DNA of 63,129 nt, the filler included, from Octopus bimaculoides (taxonomy: Eukaryota), in assembly GCF_001194135.2 (NCBI RefSeq). It is 7 parts of 6 records of this genome, joined end to end, with 100 filler letters (N's around TTAATTAATTAA, not from the genome) between each part and the next. Parts side by side here need not be neighbours in the genome. Positions count along the whole stretch, not along the records: positions 20,487 to 47,452 come from NC_068983.1; positions 47,553 to 55,798 come from NC_068984.1; 5 more parts are not named here. One strand, written 5' to 3'. Made by a program: the position numbers and the translations under genes. Shown piece after piece: positions 39,348 to 51,787 of this stretch; the stretch's first letter is position 1; the number at the start of each line of letters is the position of its first letter. The notes below the pieces were generated by a model. It searched no databases. It worked only from the letters and a program-made list of their open reading frames with translations, and was not told the DNA's origin.

Positions 39348-40407
39348 CTGAAATAGATATAAAAGATACCAAAAAGGTGATTGAAGTGTTTTTTTGTTTT
39401 TTTTGTTGTACTAAAGGCACAAGGCTTGAAATATTGGGGCAGGGGGCTAGTCAATCTCATCAAACCCCAGGGTTCAATTGGTATTTACTTCATCAGCTTT
39501 GAAAGGAGGAAAAGCAAAATCTACCTTGGCAGAAGTTGGACTCAGAACAATGAAGACACATGAAATGCTGCTAAGCATTTTGTCTGGTGTGCTAATGATT
39601 CTGCCAGCTCACCCACTTTTATGATTGAATTAAGAAATGACCGTCAAATGATTGATTATATTATATAAACATGGAGATTTATTATTCAGATATGATATTA
39701 CTTCATGCAGAAAAAGGACAGTCTCAAACTGAACAGCAACCAGACTTCCCTCGGTTCACCCTCTTAGCACAGGTATGGCTATGTGCTAAGAAGTTTGCTT
39801 TCCAACCACATGGTTCCAGGTTCAGTTGCACTGCATGGCATCTTGGGCAAGCGTCTTCTACTATAGCCTCAGGCCAACCAAAACTTTGACAGATGGAAAC
39901 TGAAAGCAGTTTTTGTGTGTGTGTGAGAGTGAGAGCACCATTTGACAACTGGTGCTGGTGTGTTTACATTCCTGTAACTTAGCAATTCAACAAAAGAGAT
40001 TGATAACATAAGTACCAGGTTTAAAAATAAAAAAAACTGGGGCCAATTCATTCAACTACAATTCTTCAAGGTACTGCCCCAGCATGACCACAGTCTAATG
40101 ACTGAAAGAAGTAAAAGATACTGTCTTAATAATACCAGAATACATTTGATAAAGTAGTTTTAAAATTATAAGCAAGTGTGTGTTTACCATAACTTCAGAC
40201 TAACCCAACCCTTACAAGTGAAATAGGACAGACATTAACTATTGAAAGCCATCAGATAAGTTGTACTTGTAATTCTCAAGGCAAAGCCTTATCGTATACA
40301 GTATCACATACAAATTTAGCCTCAGAATTATGTGAAAGATACTCAGCCACTATACATTAAAGAACTAAGCAATTCAGTTAACCAAACAACAATCCAATCA
40401 TCTAAAC

Positions 40408-40688
40408 CAGTGGTTCCCAAACTGTTTTGTCCTGCTGCCCCTTTGACACCCAGGTCACATTCCTAGTGCCCCACCCCAACTAACCATCACAAACATAGAC
40501 CTCTTTTTGAAGCAAATTCAAAGCAACTGTATTTCACAAATAAAACTTAACCTAATGAACCCATTATTTTGTTGTTTTTACATGAATCACTACCCCATTA
40601 TTACCCCACTTTTTTCAACACCCCCTTGGAACTTTCCATCACCCCTCGGAGGGGGGGGGGGCAATACCACCCACTTCGGGAAACACTG
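40408..40688. mobile_element. hAT (Charlie-like) MITE
   Basis: TIRs CAGTGGTTCCCAAAC ... CTTCGGGAAACACTG; 8-bp TSD ATCTAAAC/ATCTAAAT. Confidence 0.8.
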
Positions 40689-41374
40689 ATCTAAATGGAT
40701 AAAGGATCCATCATGTTACAAAAAAACGGGATGGTCTCTAAATAATAAATTCATGCAGGACTAATCTTGATCTACTACAGCTGCCAGACAAAATTTATTC
40801 AATGGAAAAAGTCTATGCAAAAGACTGTCATATAAATATGTATTTATGTATTATCATCATAAGATGCGATGTGAACATCAAAGAGAAAACTAACACATTC
40901 AAACAAAACTACTTTGTGATATTTATTCCAACCGTGTTGCGCAAACATTCCCTTTCTCACTCTCAACATTAAGATTGCAGCAAACTCATGATTGTTTCAT
41001 GAAAAAGCTATAACCAATGATGATTATTTGTTTTATGCACGTTTTTCTATGCTGGCATGAGACGGATGAGATTTTGTGCTGTATTTTAACAGACAGATGC
41101 TCTTCTTGTCACCTCTTACCTGTCTTACAAGTGAGAGATTTTTTATTCCATTATTTTGGTAACACAGAGCTATACAAAGCAATGTGTACTGAAAGTGTAA
41201 ACACAGCAACATTATTTTGCTCTAATAATTTCATATGAGTAGCAGAAATATCAACATCTATGCACATACACACAAGCTCAGACACACACACATGACAGGC
41301 TTAAATACAGTTATGGTATAAGCTGGCCTGTGGCAATACAACAAAACATATGTTCAATATGCCATGGTGGCACG

Positions 41375-41620
41375 CAAAATACACCATTTTGAGCGTGGCC
41401 GTTGCCAGCACCACCTGACTGGCCTTCGTGCCGGCGGCACGTAAAAGCACCCACTACACTCTCGGAGTGGTTGGCATTAAGAAGGGCATTCAGCTGTAGA
41501 AACTCTGCCAAATCAGATTGGAGCCTGGTGTAGCCATCTGGTTCACCAGTCCTCAGTCAAATCGTCCAACCCATGCTAGCATGGAAAGCGGACGTTAAAC
41601 GATGATAATGATGATGATGA
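41375..41620 (+). mobile_element. RTE LINE 3' UTR fragment with (GAT)n tail, antisense in a NOL6 intron
   Basis: Near-identical to 33960-34195. Confidence 0.85.
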
Positions 41621-41712
41621 AACTGTGACTTAAGACTATGAGGCTGCTAAGTGATCTTAAACACACAATAATGCTTACACCTATTGTTAAAAAAAAAGTG
41701 CAAGATATAAAC

Positions 41713-41961
41713 CAGTGGTTCTCAACTATTTTTTCTTATGGAGCCTTTCAATTCCTATTTTACTCAGGTGGACTCTCAGCCATTCGATGTCTAAAAAAAT
41801 CCTATTATATTTTTATAATTAAATATGATTAGGAATTATAGTTAAAAAAAATCAAAATATTTCATGCATTGTAGAAGTGTAACTAATTTATTGCAGATAA
41901 ATTTTAACAAAATCTTATATGGACCCTCAAGGGCTATATGGATCCCGATTGAGAATCACTG
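41713..41961. mobile_element. hAT-type MITE
   Basis: TIRs CAGTGGTTCTCAAC ... ATTGAGAATCACTG; internal sequence homologous to 42886-43138; TSD degraded. Confidence 0.75.
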
Positions 41962-42052
41962 AATAACCTAACCCCCATTCTCCATTGTTAGTCTCATGAA
42001 CTTATGTTATTGATAATCAAAGAATACAAGAAATTACTACTAAAAAGCTCAC

Positions 42053-42261
42053 CTTTAAATCACTAGCTGGCCATATCAACATCTCTTGTAATGTACACAA
42101 TGACTGTTTGGCAATCAAAATTAAGCGATTTAGCATCATCTGGTTAGGCTTTTCACGAGTCCAAAACGAAACCACTTCTTTGTCGAGAGGGATACAAATT
42201 GTCATAGGAGGAAAACTTGTTCGAACACTGAAGTCTGCTTTAATTTGGCTAATTTCTGCCC
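42053..42261 (-). CDS. NOL6: NOL6 coding exon (4th of 7 visible)
   Basis: ttgcag|GG...|gtgagc; (G)AEISQIKADFSVRTSFPPMTICIPLDKEVVSFWTREKPNQMMLNRLILIAKQSLCTLQEMLIWPASDLK; 209 nt, phase 1-0. Confidence 0.9.
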
Positions 42262-42885
42262 CTGCAAAATATATATTCAAACAAATATGAAATGACATGA
42301 GGATATGAAAAGTATAAATACAAGAAGTGCCCCAAAATTCCATACACATAATAACCTTTGTCCAATAATAAGATGTCCACCTTCTCTACTGAATTGTAAA
42401 GAAGCCAAAATATCAAAGAGAATGAGTTCACTGTGCTTTGCTTACCTATTTTGATAGTTTAAACCCTCTTTATTCTTCACGTTTTTAGTACCAAACCTAC
42501 TGCATTTATTCATATATAAAGCACTCATTGTATGATGCACACTACTAATTATGGTCTATAAAACCCAGGTTAAAACACCTCGTACAAATAATTAATATCG
42601 TATTTTCAATAATGAAATTATTATATTATAACCTTCTATATTGAAGACTGATAACAGTCACTCATGACAGTTGTACTAAACAGTACATCATCATTATCAC
42701 AAAAAAAAAATGTAACATTACTGTAGTAATATAGCAACACATTTGATTGAGGATAATGGTGAACATTTAGATCTTGTATATAATATGCACCTCTAATATT
42801 TAGTTTCAAAAAGTTGAAAAAGTATGTATTATACTTGAATAAATTTGGTACACTATGGAATCCAGTCCAATGGTACAGTCTGTAT

Positions 42886-43138
42886 CAGTGTTTCTCAATC
42901 ATTTTTTTACTAAAGACCCATTTGATTCCTATTTTACTCAGATGGACCCTCCTATCCATTTGATGTTTAAATATGTCCTAATATATTTTTATAATCAAAT
43001 ATCATTAGGAATTGTATAAAAGAAATTGTTACAATATTTTGTGTATTGTAGAAGTATAACTAGTTCATTGCAGACAAATTTTAACAAAAGAATCTTATAT
43101 GGACCCCCGACTATACAGACTCCAGTTGAGAACCACTG
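42886..43138. mobile_element. hAT-type MITE (same family as 41713-41961)
   Basis: TIRs CAGTGTTTCTCAATC ... GTTGAGAACCACTG; 8-bp TSD GTCTGTAT/GTCTAGAT (NTCTAGAN-like target). Confidence 0.8.
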
Positions 43139-43357
43139 GTCTAGATGATCAAAATATGGAATCTCAAAGGCAGGACAAAATGTTCTGATGGCATTGTCAT
43201 ACAGATAAGACATTACAGACACACAGGCAGATGTTCTGTCATGGTTCCCATTAAGTTAATGGTGGAAAAATAAGCATTAGAATAACAAAGATAACACAGA
43301 TTCACACACTACGAACTAATGAGTTGTAAAAAAAAAATAATTAAGACAGTCACTCAC

Positions 43358-43455
43358 CTGAATATTCATTGTTTAAGTTGACAAAGAACGGACTTGTTGC
43401 CCAGTCAAATGTTGACACCAAGTAAAGGAAACGAAGGAAGCCACAAATTGATCCT
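43358..43455 (-). CDS. NOL6: NOL6 coding exon (3rd of 7 visible)
   Basis: aacag|A...G|gtgagt; GSICGFLRFLYLVSTFDWATSPFFVNLNNEYS (cf. GFLRFLFLVSTFDWKNNPLFVNLNNE); 98 nt, phase 2-1. Confidence 0.95.
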
Positions 43456-44383
43456 CTGTTAAAAAGGATTTCATTTTAGAAACAGTTGAACATGAGAAAA
43501 TTTTGATACAATAGCAAAAAATATTATTTTAGATATATAATGGACATATACATACACACATATACAGACAAATAGACATACACACATGTGTGCTTAATAA
43601 GTTCATTTCCATTGTGTGACACCTTGGACAAGTGTCTTCAATGATAACCTCAAGCCAACTAAAAATGAACAAATGAAAATAAATATCAACTTAAAAATAC
43701 GTGTGATTAACCCTTCAATTATTAATTAGGCCAGTCAACTTCAATAATATAACGATCTGTTTTTAAATTCATTTTCCTGTGCATCTTACATTTAGATAAG
43801 CATAACTACATACCAATAGTTCAGGAATGAAAAGTAGAAATTATTAAAAATTCACCTTTTATCAGCGAAAATGTTAAAGCCACTTAAGTTACAAACCAAC
43901 ATGAAATATTGTGAACTCATTACATATTAGTACCACCTGCACTGCAGGACACTAGATGGAACATTGTCTCAAACAGGAACCAAAAGTAATGTTGGTTCTC
44001 GTTGCGCAGTGTCACCAATAGATTTTCCTGAACAACATCATATCTTCAGGCTTTTCCTTTTTCCTAACTATCTGGTGGAATCAGTTGTATTGCCAATTCA
44101 GGGTGCTAATAGCTTGATAGACACCAGAACCAAGCAGCCAAACACAGCCTTCACTGTTACAGTAATCTACTACAACTTAAAGGAATTGGTTCAGCAACAT
44201 GTCTATTAAATTTTATAGTAATGTTAATTGCAATGACATATAAAATAATATATATATTATAAAAAGTGCTAAAGTGGTAACTCTAAAATCAAGACAGATG
44301 AAAATAACACTTCCTTTGCTTCTATTATCATTATCGTTTTATCTATTTAGAGAAAAACTTATAAAAAAGAAACAATAACTTAC

Positions 44384-44536
44384 CGTGGTACTTCAAATGG
44401 ATAAGGATCTAAAAACAGACTTGCCACCAGTAACTCAATTGCTATAGCAGGAATGTCATCAGATAAGAAATGGACTGCGAGCCAGCGCTTGGCTAAACGT
44501 ACAACAAGGCCATAAGTTTGGTGTTGTTGACCAAGA
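44384..44536 (-). CDS. NOL6: NOL6 coding exon (2nd of 7 visible)
   Basis: ttacag|T...CG|gtaagt; LGQQHQTYGLVVRLAKRWLAVHFLSDDIPAIAIELLVASLFLDPYPFEVP (Nrap-family LAKRW motif); 153 nt, phase 2-2. Confidence 0.95.
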
Positions 44537-44810
44537 CTGTAACCAGAAAAAAAGTCAGACATACTTCCACAGTAAAAACAATAATAAAACCAAATGCGTA
44601 ATAATTTACCTAAAGTATGACATTGGTGTTACAATTAAGATAATAATGATTTCTATCTTGGAATACAAGGGCATTCAGCCATTTATAGATGCCACAATTA
44701 TTCTTACAGTGAAACACACATCTTCAATCCATTTGCAGGCCTGGAAACCCACTATTCTGAACCATTTATACAGCACCTAACTCTACATTCAAAAGCAAAG
44801 AGGAACTTAC

Positions 44811-44971
44811 CCACGAAGTACACTGGTCAGTTTTGGCATGACCCTCGTCTCAGCCCATAAACAGAGGGACTCATTACTGTGAACCTTTTCTCCTTCGACA
44901 CTAGTATGTGGCTCCTTTAATAGTTCTATTTCTGGATTGAAACACAACTTTAACCGGAACACAATTTCATC
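44811..44971 (-). CDS. NOL6: NOL6 coding exon (most 5' visible; gene incomplete upstream)
   Basis: ttatttag|GAT...GG|gtaagt; DEIVFRLKLCFNPEIELLKE...ETRVMPKLTSVLRG (cf. DGFVFRIRV...DT..LPLLTSALHG); 161 nt, phase 0-2; no start codon context. Confidence 0.9.
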
Positions 44972-45841
44972 CTAAATAACAAAAAGACAAAACATACCAA
45001 TATAAAAAGGAAACAGTTTGAAGGGGTTGATCTTAGATATGTTCAAGACCCTGACTGTGAACCTCAGCTCATCTATCATCCATTCTTTACAGAAAATCAT
45101 TATTCAGACATTAACAGGTTAATTAGAAATGTAATTAAGTTGGTGGTATTTCAAATTAAGTTTTTTAATGTCCATTACATTAATTACGATAACACGAATA
45201 AATTCTGCATATAATACTATAAAAGATGAAAAAAACAATTCGAAGTAATATTAGACGAATTATTCCAAAATTCAACTAAATTTATAAAAAATTTGATTCA
45301 ACAATCTGATTTATATTTTGAAAGTAATTTAATGATATTTGTAGGTAGCACCAGATACCAGCAATGAAAATGTTTGGTAACATTCTCTAAACATTATTGC
45401 TATTATCAAGAAGCTAATGTAGCCTATGTTTAAGGAATGCTTTTTGCATCAGATTTTTTTGCATTAGCCAGGAAATAAAGCAGTGCCCATAAACCCAATA
45501 CAGGGTCTCTGAAATTAGTGGAAATGGGAGATATCATCTAACTTAAGTCCTGGCCTGAATGCTCACAACAGAATGGACTTTCTAAATGCACCCAAGGGCC
45601 AAGTGCTGGTGGTGTTAAACCAGACAACATATCAAGTCTATCACCCAAGTAGGCCATGGTGAGATTTGAATTCTGAATGCAGAACCAGAATAAAAACTTC
45701 ATGGTATCTAGTCCAACACACTGGATCGATACTTCTTTGTAGCAACCTCAAAAAGATAACCAGCAAAGTTATCCTGAGTGAGATTTGAACTTAGTACAGT
45801 GTTATCAAAACAAATACCACAAGACATTCTGTCTAACACTA

Positions 45842-46225
45842 TAGTGTTGGCACTCCGTCGCTTACGACGTCGAGGGTTCCAGTCGATCTGATCAATGGAA
45901 TAGCCTGCTTGTGAAATTAACGTGCAAGTGGCTGAGCACTCCACAGATACGTGTACCGTTAACGTAGTTCTCGGTGATATTCAGCGTGACACAGTGTGAC
46001 AAGGCTGGCCCTTTGAAATACAGGTACAACAGAAACAGGAAGAAAGAGTGAGAGAAAGCTGTGGTGGAAGAGTACAGCAGGGTTAGCCACCATCCCCTGC
46101 CGGAGCCTTGTGGAGCTTTAGGTGTTTTCGCTCAATAAACACTCACAACGCCCGGTCTGGGAATCGAAACCGCGATCCTATGACCGCGAGTCCGCTGCTC
46201 TAACCACTGGGCCATTGCGCCTCCA
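45842..46225 (-). mobile_element. tRNA-headed SINE family C (TGGAGGCGCAATGGCCCAGTGGTTAGAGCAGCGGACTC...), full length with 13-bp TSD
   Basis: CTGTCTAACACTA at 45829-45841 and 46226-46238; close copies at 58439-58819 (minus) and 60841-60890 (plus, partial). Confidence 0.92.
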
Positions 46226-47049
46226 CTGTCTAACACTAACAACTCTGCCAATTCACCCTTACATTCAACCATTATCTTTTCTACACTTGCAAGCATCACT
46301 CACTTGCCTTAAGACACTTGTTATTAACATCTATCAATCACTCTTAACATTTAACCACCTCTATCACTATCCATAATTCTCTCTCATTAATCACATTTGA
46401 CTCAATCACTTTGTTTCTTTTATTCACTTTTATTCACCTTATCAGAAACGAGACAGCCTCATTAATGCCATAATAAAATATACCAAATACACACTGTGAA
46501 GTGGTTGGCAAACAAATAGACAACACAGGGTCAGGAAGAGCCTTTAATTTTGTCAAGGACATAACACTCTAGTGTTTGTGGCACAATAAAATGCATCCAA
46601 CACACTCTATAAAGTGGTTGGTGGAGAGCCCATCATATCTATTTAGGGGCAAGTGTGGCTGCATGGTAAGAAGCTTGCTTCCCAACCACATGCTCCAGGT
46701 TCAGTCCCTCTGTGTGGCACCCTGGGCAAACATCTATTATAACCTCAGGCCAACCAAAGCCTTGTGAGTGAATTTGTTAGATAGAAAATAAAAGGAGCTC
46801 ATTGTGTGTTGTGTGTGTGTGTGTGTTGTGTGTGTGTATGCGTGTGTTGTATGCTTATGTTTGTCCCCACCACTGCTTGACTGATGTTGGTTTGTTAACC
46901 TAGCAGTTCAGCAAAAAGAACTGATAGAATAAGTACCACGCTTTAAAACAAAAATAAGTACTGGGATTGATTCAACTTAAAGTTCTGCAAGCAATGCCCC
47001 AGTATAGCCACAGTCTAATGACTGAAACAGATAAACGGTGTGTGTAATC

Positions 47050-47452
47050 ATCATCATTGTTTAATGGCCGATTTTCATGCTAGCATGGGTTGGACGGCAA
47101 GCCAGGAGGCTGCAACAGGCCCCAGTCTGATCTGGCAAGGTTTCTACAGCTGGATGCCCTTCCTAACGCCAACCACTCCGAGAGTGTAGTGGGTGCTTTT
47201 ACGTGTCACCTGCACGAGAGCCAGTCAGGCGGTACTGGCAACGGCCGCGCTCAAAATGATGTCTTTTATGTGCCACCTGCACAAGAGCCAGTCCAGTGGC
47301 ACTGGCAACGATCTTGCTCGGAAATCCTATGAAGGCCAGTCAGGCGGTACTGGCAACGGTCACGCTCAGGATGGTACATCTTATGTGCCACCCGCACAAG
47401 AGCCAGTCCAGGGGCACTGGCAACGATCTCACTTGGCTTGCCGGGTCTTCTC
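47050..47452 (-). mobile_element. RTE LINE 3' UTR fragment with internal duplication
   Basis: Homologous to 33900-34195 in reverse; (CAT)n tail at ~47049-47058; runs into a gap. Confidence 0.8.
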
Positions 47453-47552
47453 NNNNNNNNNNNNNNNNNNNNNNNNNNNNNNNNNNNNNNNNNNNNTTAA
47501 TTAATTAANNNNNNNNNNNNNNNNNNNNNNNNNNNNNNNNNNNNNNNNNNNN

Positions 47553-50145
47553 CAAACAGTTCAAATCCAACCCCCAAAAACTCTACCAAAAACTGGGTAA
47601 AAATAAAATAGACATTACTGAAGCACCAACAGCAGAAGAACTGGAAGAATTCTGGAAACAAATATGGTCGGTGAAGCAACAACCCCAGAAAAGGACCATT
47701 AAAACAACGAACTTAGCACCTGAGCAACTTTGGACCCCTATAACAACTGAAGAGGTCACCCAGACACTGCAAAGACTAAGCAACTGGAAGGCACCTGGGC
47801 ACGACAAGATCCCCAACTTCTGGTTAAAACACCTGACAGGAATGCACAAAAAGCTGGCAGAAAACTTTAACAACATAATAGCAGAGCCAGAGACAATGCC
47901 TGAATGGCTCGCGAAAGGGAAAACCATCTTAAATCCCAAATCCACAGAAACGGAGAAACCACAAAACTACAGACCTATAACCTGTCTCCCTACAATCTAA
48001 AAAGTCTTTACTGCAATAATATTGCAGAGATTGAGTAAGCACCTGGAAAATAACAACCTGTTTCCAGAACAGCAGAAGGGATGCTGCAAGAGCTCATACG
48101 GCTGTAAAGATCAATTATTGATCAATAAAGCCATAACTGAAGACAGCCGCAGAATGAAGAAAGGCCTCAGTATGGCCTGGGTGGACTACTAAAAGGCTTT
48201 CGACAGTGTTCCCCACACGTGGATCCTCGATACACTAGCTATAAACAAGGTGGCTCCAATTATTATATAATACATAAGGCACTCCATGAAGAAATGGCAG
48301 ACAGTGCTACAGCTCCAAACAAAAGAGGAACTTGTGAAAACGAAAACCATCCCCATTAGAAGAGAAATATTCCAGGGAGACACGCTCTCTCCACTCCTGT
48401 TCTTCCTGGCACTCACACCTTTAACTGAATTGCTAAATAGAACTGGATGCGGATACAAATGTTACGGAAAAACAGTCAGCCACCTTTTATATATGGATGA
48501 CCTAAAATTATATGCCAGAAATGACAAAGAGCTTGAAACACTACAACAGACAGTACATGGCTTTACCAAAGAAATAGATATGAAATTCGGATTAGAAAAA
48601 TGTGCCAAAGCAACCCTGAAAAGAGGAAAATTAGTTAAAAGTAGCAACATCACACTAGATAAAGCCAATGAAATAAGAGAACTAGACGAAAGCCAGCCAT
48701 ACAAATATTTAGGAGTCAATGAACTAGATAGGATACAACACACACAAATGAAGGAAAAAATAAAGGAAGAGTACTATAGACGAGTTAGATCAATACTAAA
48801 TACAGAGCTCAATGCTAAAAACAAGATAATGGGTATCAACACTTTAGCTGTCCCAGTTATAAGTTACAGCTACAATATCCTTAACTGGACACCAAACGAA
48901 CTATCTAAAATAGACAGGAAAACAAGAAAAATAATGACAGGATATAGGATGCACCACCCAAAATCTGACATAGAAAGGCTATATATACAACGCACAGAAG
49001 GTGGCAGGGGGCTTATACAGCTGGAAAACTATTATAAAATAACCACCATAGGACTGCAAAAATACCTACTCCAGAAGCAAGGAAAACTAATACAAATAGC
49101 CACAAAACACGAGCAAAACANNNNNNNNNNNNNNNNNNNNNNNNNNNNNNNNNNNNNNNNNNNNNNNNNNNNNNNNNNNNNNNNNNNNNNNNNNNNNNNN
49201 NNNNNNNNNNNNNNNNNNNNNNNNNNNNNNNNNNNNNNNNNNNNNNNNNNNNNNNNNNNNNNNNNNNNNNNNNNNNNNNNNNNNNNNNNNNNNNNNNNNN
49301 NNNNNNNNNNNNNNNNNNNNNNNNNNNNNNNNNNNNNNNNNNNNNNNNNNNNNNNNNNNNNNNNNNNNNNNNNNNNNNNNNNNNNNNNNNNNNNNNNNNN
49401 NNNNNNNNNNNNNNNNNNNNNNNNNNNNNNNNNNNNNNNNNNNNNNNNNNNNNNNNNNNNNNNNNNNNNNNNNNNNNNNNNNNNNNNNNNNNNNNNNNNN
49501 NNNNNNNNNNNNNNNNNNNNNNNNNNNNNNNNNNNNNNNNNNNNNNNNNNNNNNNNNNNNNNNNNNNNNNNNNNNNNNNNNNNNNNNNNNNNNNNNNNNN
49601 NNNNNNNNNNNNNNNNNNNNNNNNNNNNNNNNNNNNNNNNNNNNNNNNNNNNNNNNNNNNNNNNNNNNNNNNNNNNNNNNNNNNNNNNNNNNNNNNNNNN
49701 NNNNNNNNNNNNNNNNNNNNNNNNNNNNNNNNNNNNNNNNNNNNNNNNNNNNNNNNNNNNNNNNNNNNNNNNNNNNNNNNNNNNNNNNNNNNNNNNNNNN
49801 NNNNNNNNNNNNNNNNNNNNNNNNNNNNNNNNNNNNNNNNNNNNNNNNNNNNNNNNNNNNNNNNNNNAACTCGAATGTGGAATCTAAAAACAGAAACAAT
49901 TCCTATCATAGTAGGTGCCTTAGGTATAATAAAAAAATATTCAGACAAATACATAACAAAAACACCAGGACTTACAAATATATATAACATACAGAAAATT
50001 GCACTACTGGACACTGCACACATCCTACGCAAAACACTTTCAATACAGTAACCATAAGAGCATTACAGCAAACCACAGCACATACCCAAGGCACACAGAG
50101 CTGCGCTCGGTAATGAAGTGAAAGCACGTTATAAAAATAAAACTA

Positions 50146-50150
<5 letters not shown>
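47553..50150 (+). mobile_element. R4/Dong-like RLE non-LTR retrotransposon (RT plus 3' end; middle hidden in a 749-N gap), non-functional copy
   Basis: One frame 47583-49119: NWKAPGHDKI, NYRPITCLPT, QQKGC, MAWVDY*KAFDSVPH, EIFQGDTLSPLLF, HLLYMDDLKLY, FGLEKC, YKYLGV, GGRGL; three in-frame stops (~48000, 48190, 48267); 3' end ...ACTACTGA-(ATA)n. Confidence 0.92.
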
Positions 50151-50176
<26 letters not shown>

Positions 50177-50181
50177 TGGAC

Positions 50182-50670
50182 TCCTCTGATGCAGTACCAG
50201 GCAGCGGCTCTCATCGCATCTGGTCTTAACTAATTGGAAGTGTTATCGTACATTATTTTGTCTTGGTATAAAAGATGGGCTACAGCAAATTTTCTACTCA
50301 ATACCACAGATTTGCTTGTCAGTTCCTTGACCATAACCAGTTGAGCATATCCCTTAGTGGCTGACGATATGTGCATCTCCGATCACGAGCAGAAGTTGTG
50401 AGGGAGCATCATATCCATGTGTTGAGAGGAGTTTTTTGGGGTTTGGATATTTCACCTTTGGAAACATGGGTGTTTTGTTCAACATCCTTACACAACCCCT
50501 ATTCAGGTATCTTTTGAGCGGCATGGGCTACTCGACCTGAAAGAAATTCTAACTGGGCTTCTCCTACAAGAGTATGCGTTGTTTATCTTGATATGAGATC
50601 ACTATGTCGTGCACATATAGTTGCGATGCTTGTGCATGATAGGTATACTGGGCTCCGCATATTTGTACCC
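50182..50670 (+). mobile_element. ~0.55 kb non-coding (TAA)n-associated repeat (5' and middle part)
   Basis: Starts CTGATGCAGTACCAGGCAG just after the (TAA)n tail; homologous to 62044-62295 and 19612-19975. Confidence 0.7.
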
Positions 50671-51787
50671 GAGGACTGGATGTTAAAACTTGTCTTAAAG
50701 CATCAAAACAAGAAAGGATCATACTCAGTTATAAAACAGGCAAAGGAATATCTGAGTGAATTCTAAATACAACAAATTCCTGAATTAGACGTACTAGAAA
50801 CAAACACAGAAAAAGCTAAGCGTATGAAAACCCGTGCTAAAACTGCTGCCTTAGATATTCTTACATCTCAATGATAAATACCCAAAGAGTACTAATAGTG
50901 CCGATGTTGAAAAATCCCTTACCCATGAATGGTTAGTGTCTGCTGGCTTAAAATCAGAAACAGAAGGGTTTATCATAACAGCCCAAGATCAATGCCTGCC
51001 TACAAGAAACTACCAGGCCAGTAGCCCAACATGTCGTGTATGTAAACAACAAAATGAAACCATTGATCATGTTATCTTCATGTGCAGTCTTCTTGCGCCA
51101 ACAGAGTATCTCAACAGGTATGATAGAGCAGCACAATATATTCACTGGGTAATTTGAAAAAACCTGGACCTGCCCCATGATAAAAACTGGTGGGAACACA
51201 AACCACCTCCAGTGCTTGAAAATGATCACATCTCACTCCTTCGGAATTTCACCATTCAAACTGACAGATGCGAATAGGTCAGACATTATATTGAAAGACT
51301 TCAGACAAAAATTATGCCGCCTTACTGATATGACTATCCCAATGGACATAAATGTATCTGTCAAGACCTACCAAAAACTGAGCAAGTATAAAGATCTTGA
51401 AATAGAAATTGGCAAAATGTGGAACCTGAAGGCTAAATCAATACCTGTTGTTATAGGGGCCCTAGGAATAATAGCAAAAGGGGCTGATTGCTAACTAGTT
51501 CAGATACCAGGAATACCCAAAATGGCAGAAATTCTAAAGATGATGCTTATGGGAACTGCCCATACCTTAAGCAAAATACTGTCTATGTAATCTCAAATTT
51601 TAAAAGAAACTCATGATTTTCTTATGTGTTTTTAAACATTCTCTAGAACAATACTATGTGCAAAACCAAATATTCAACATCCTATGCATAACAGCAACAT
51701 GAACTTCTAACTTGTGTCTGGATGAGACTTGGAGTCAACTTGTACAAATATAAAGCAAAAGTCAAACATATAATAATAATAATAATA
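50671..51787 (+). mobile_element. Second, older R4/Dong-like RLE LINE subfamily, 5'-truncated, with (TAA)n tail
   Basis: LKSETEGFIITAQDQCLPTRNY, CRVC..QNETIDHV...C (zinc knuckle), NRSDIILKD, KLSKYKDLEIEIGKMWNLKAKSIPVVIGALG; frameshifts; tail at 51771-51787. Confidence 0.85.

Noticed and set aside
36265-44810. Intronic C/D or H/ACA snoRNAs in NOL6
   Set aside because: Scanning the sense strand by eye found isolated UGAUGA words but no properly spaced C/D pair or complete H+ACA architecture; a covariance-model search is needed to exclude them.
45560-45600. Minus-strand VHLES...SGQ resembling the expected upstream NOL6 segment
   Set aside because: In-frame stop follows, there are no fitting splice sites, and the W-P motif is absent.
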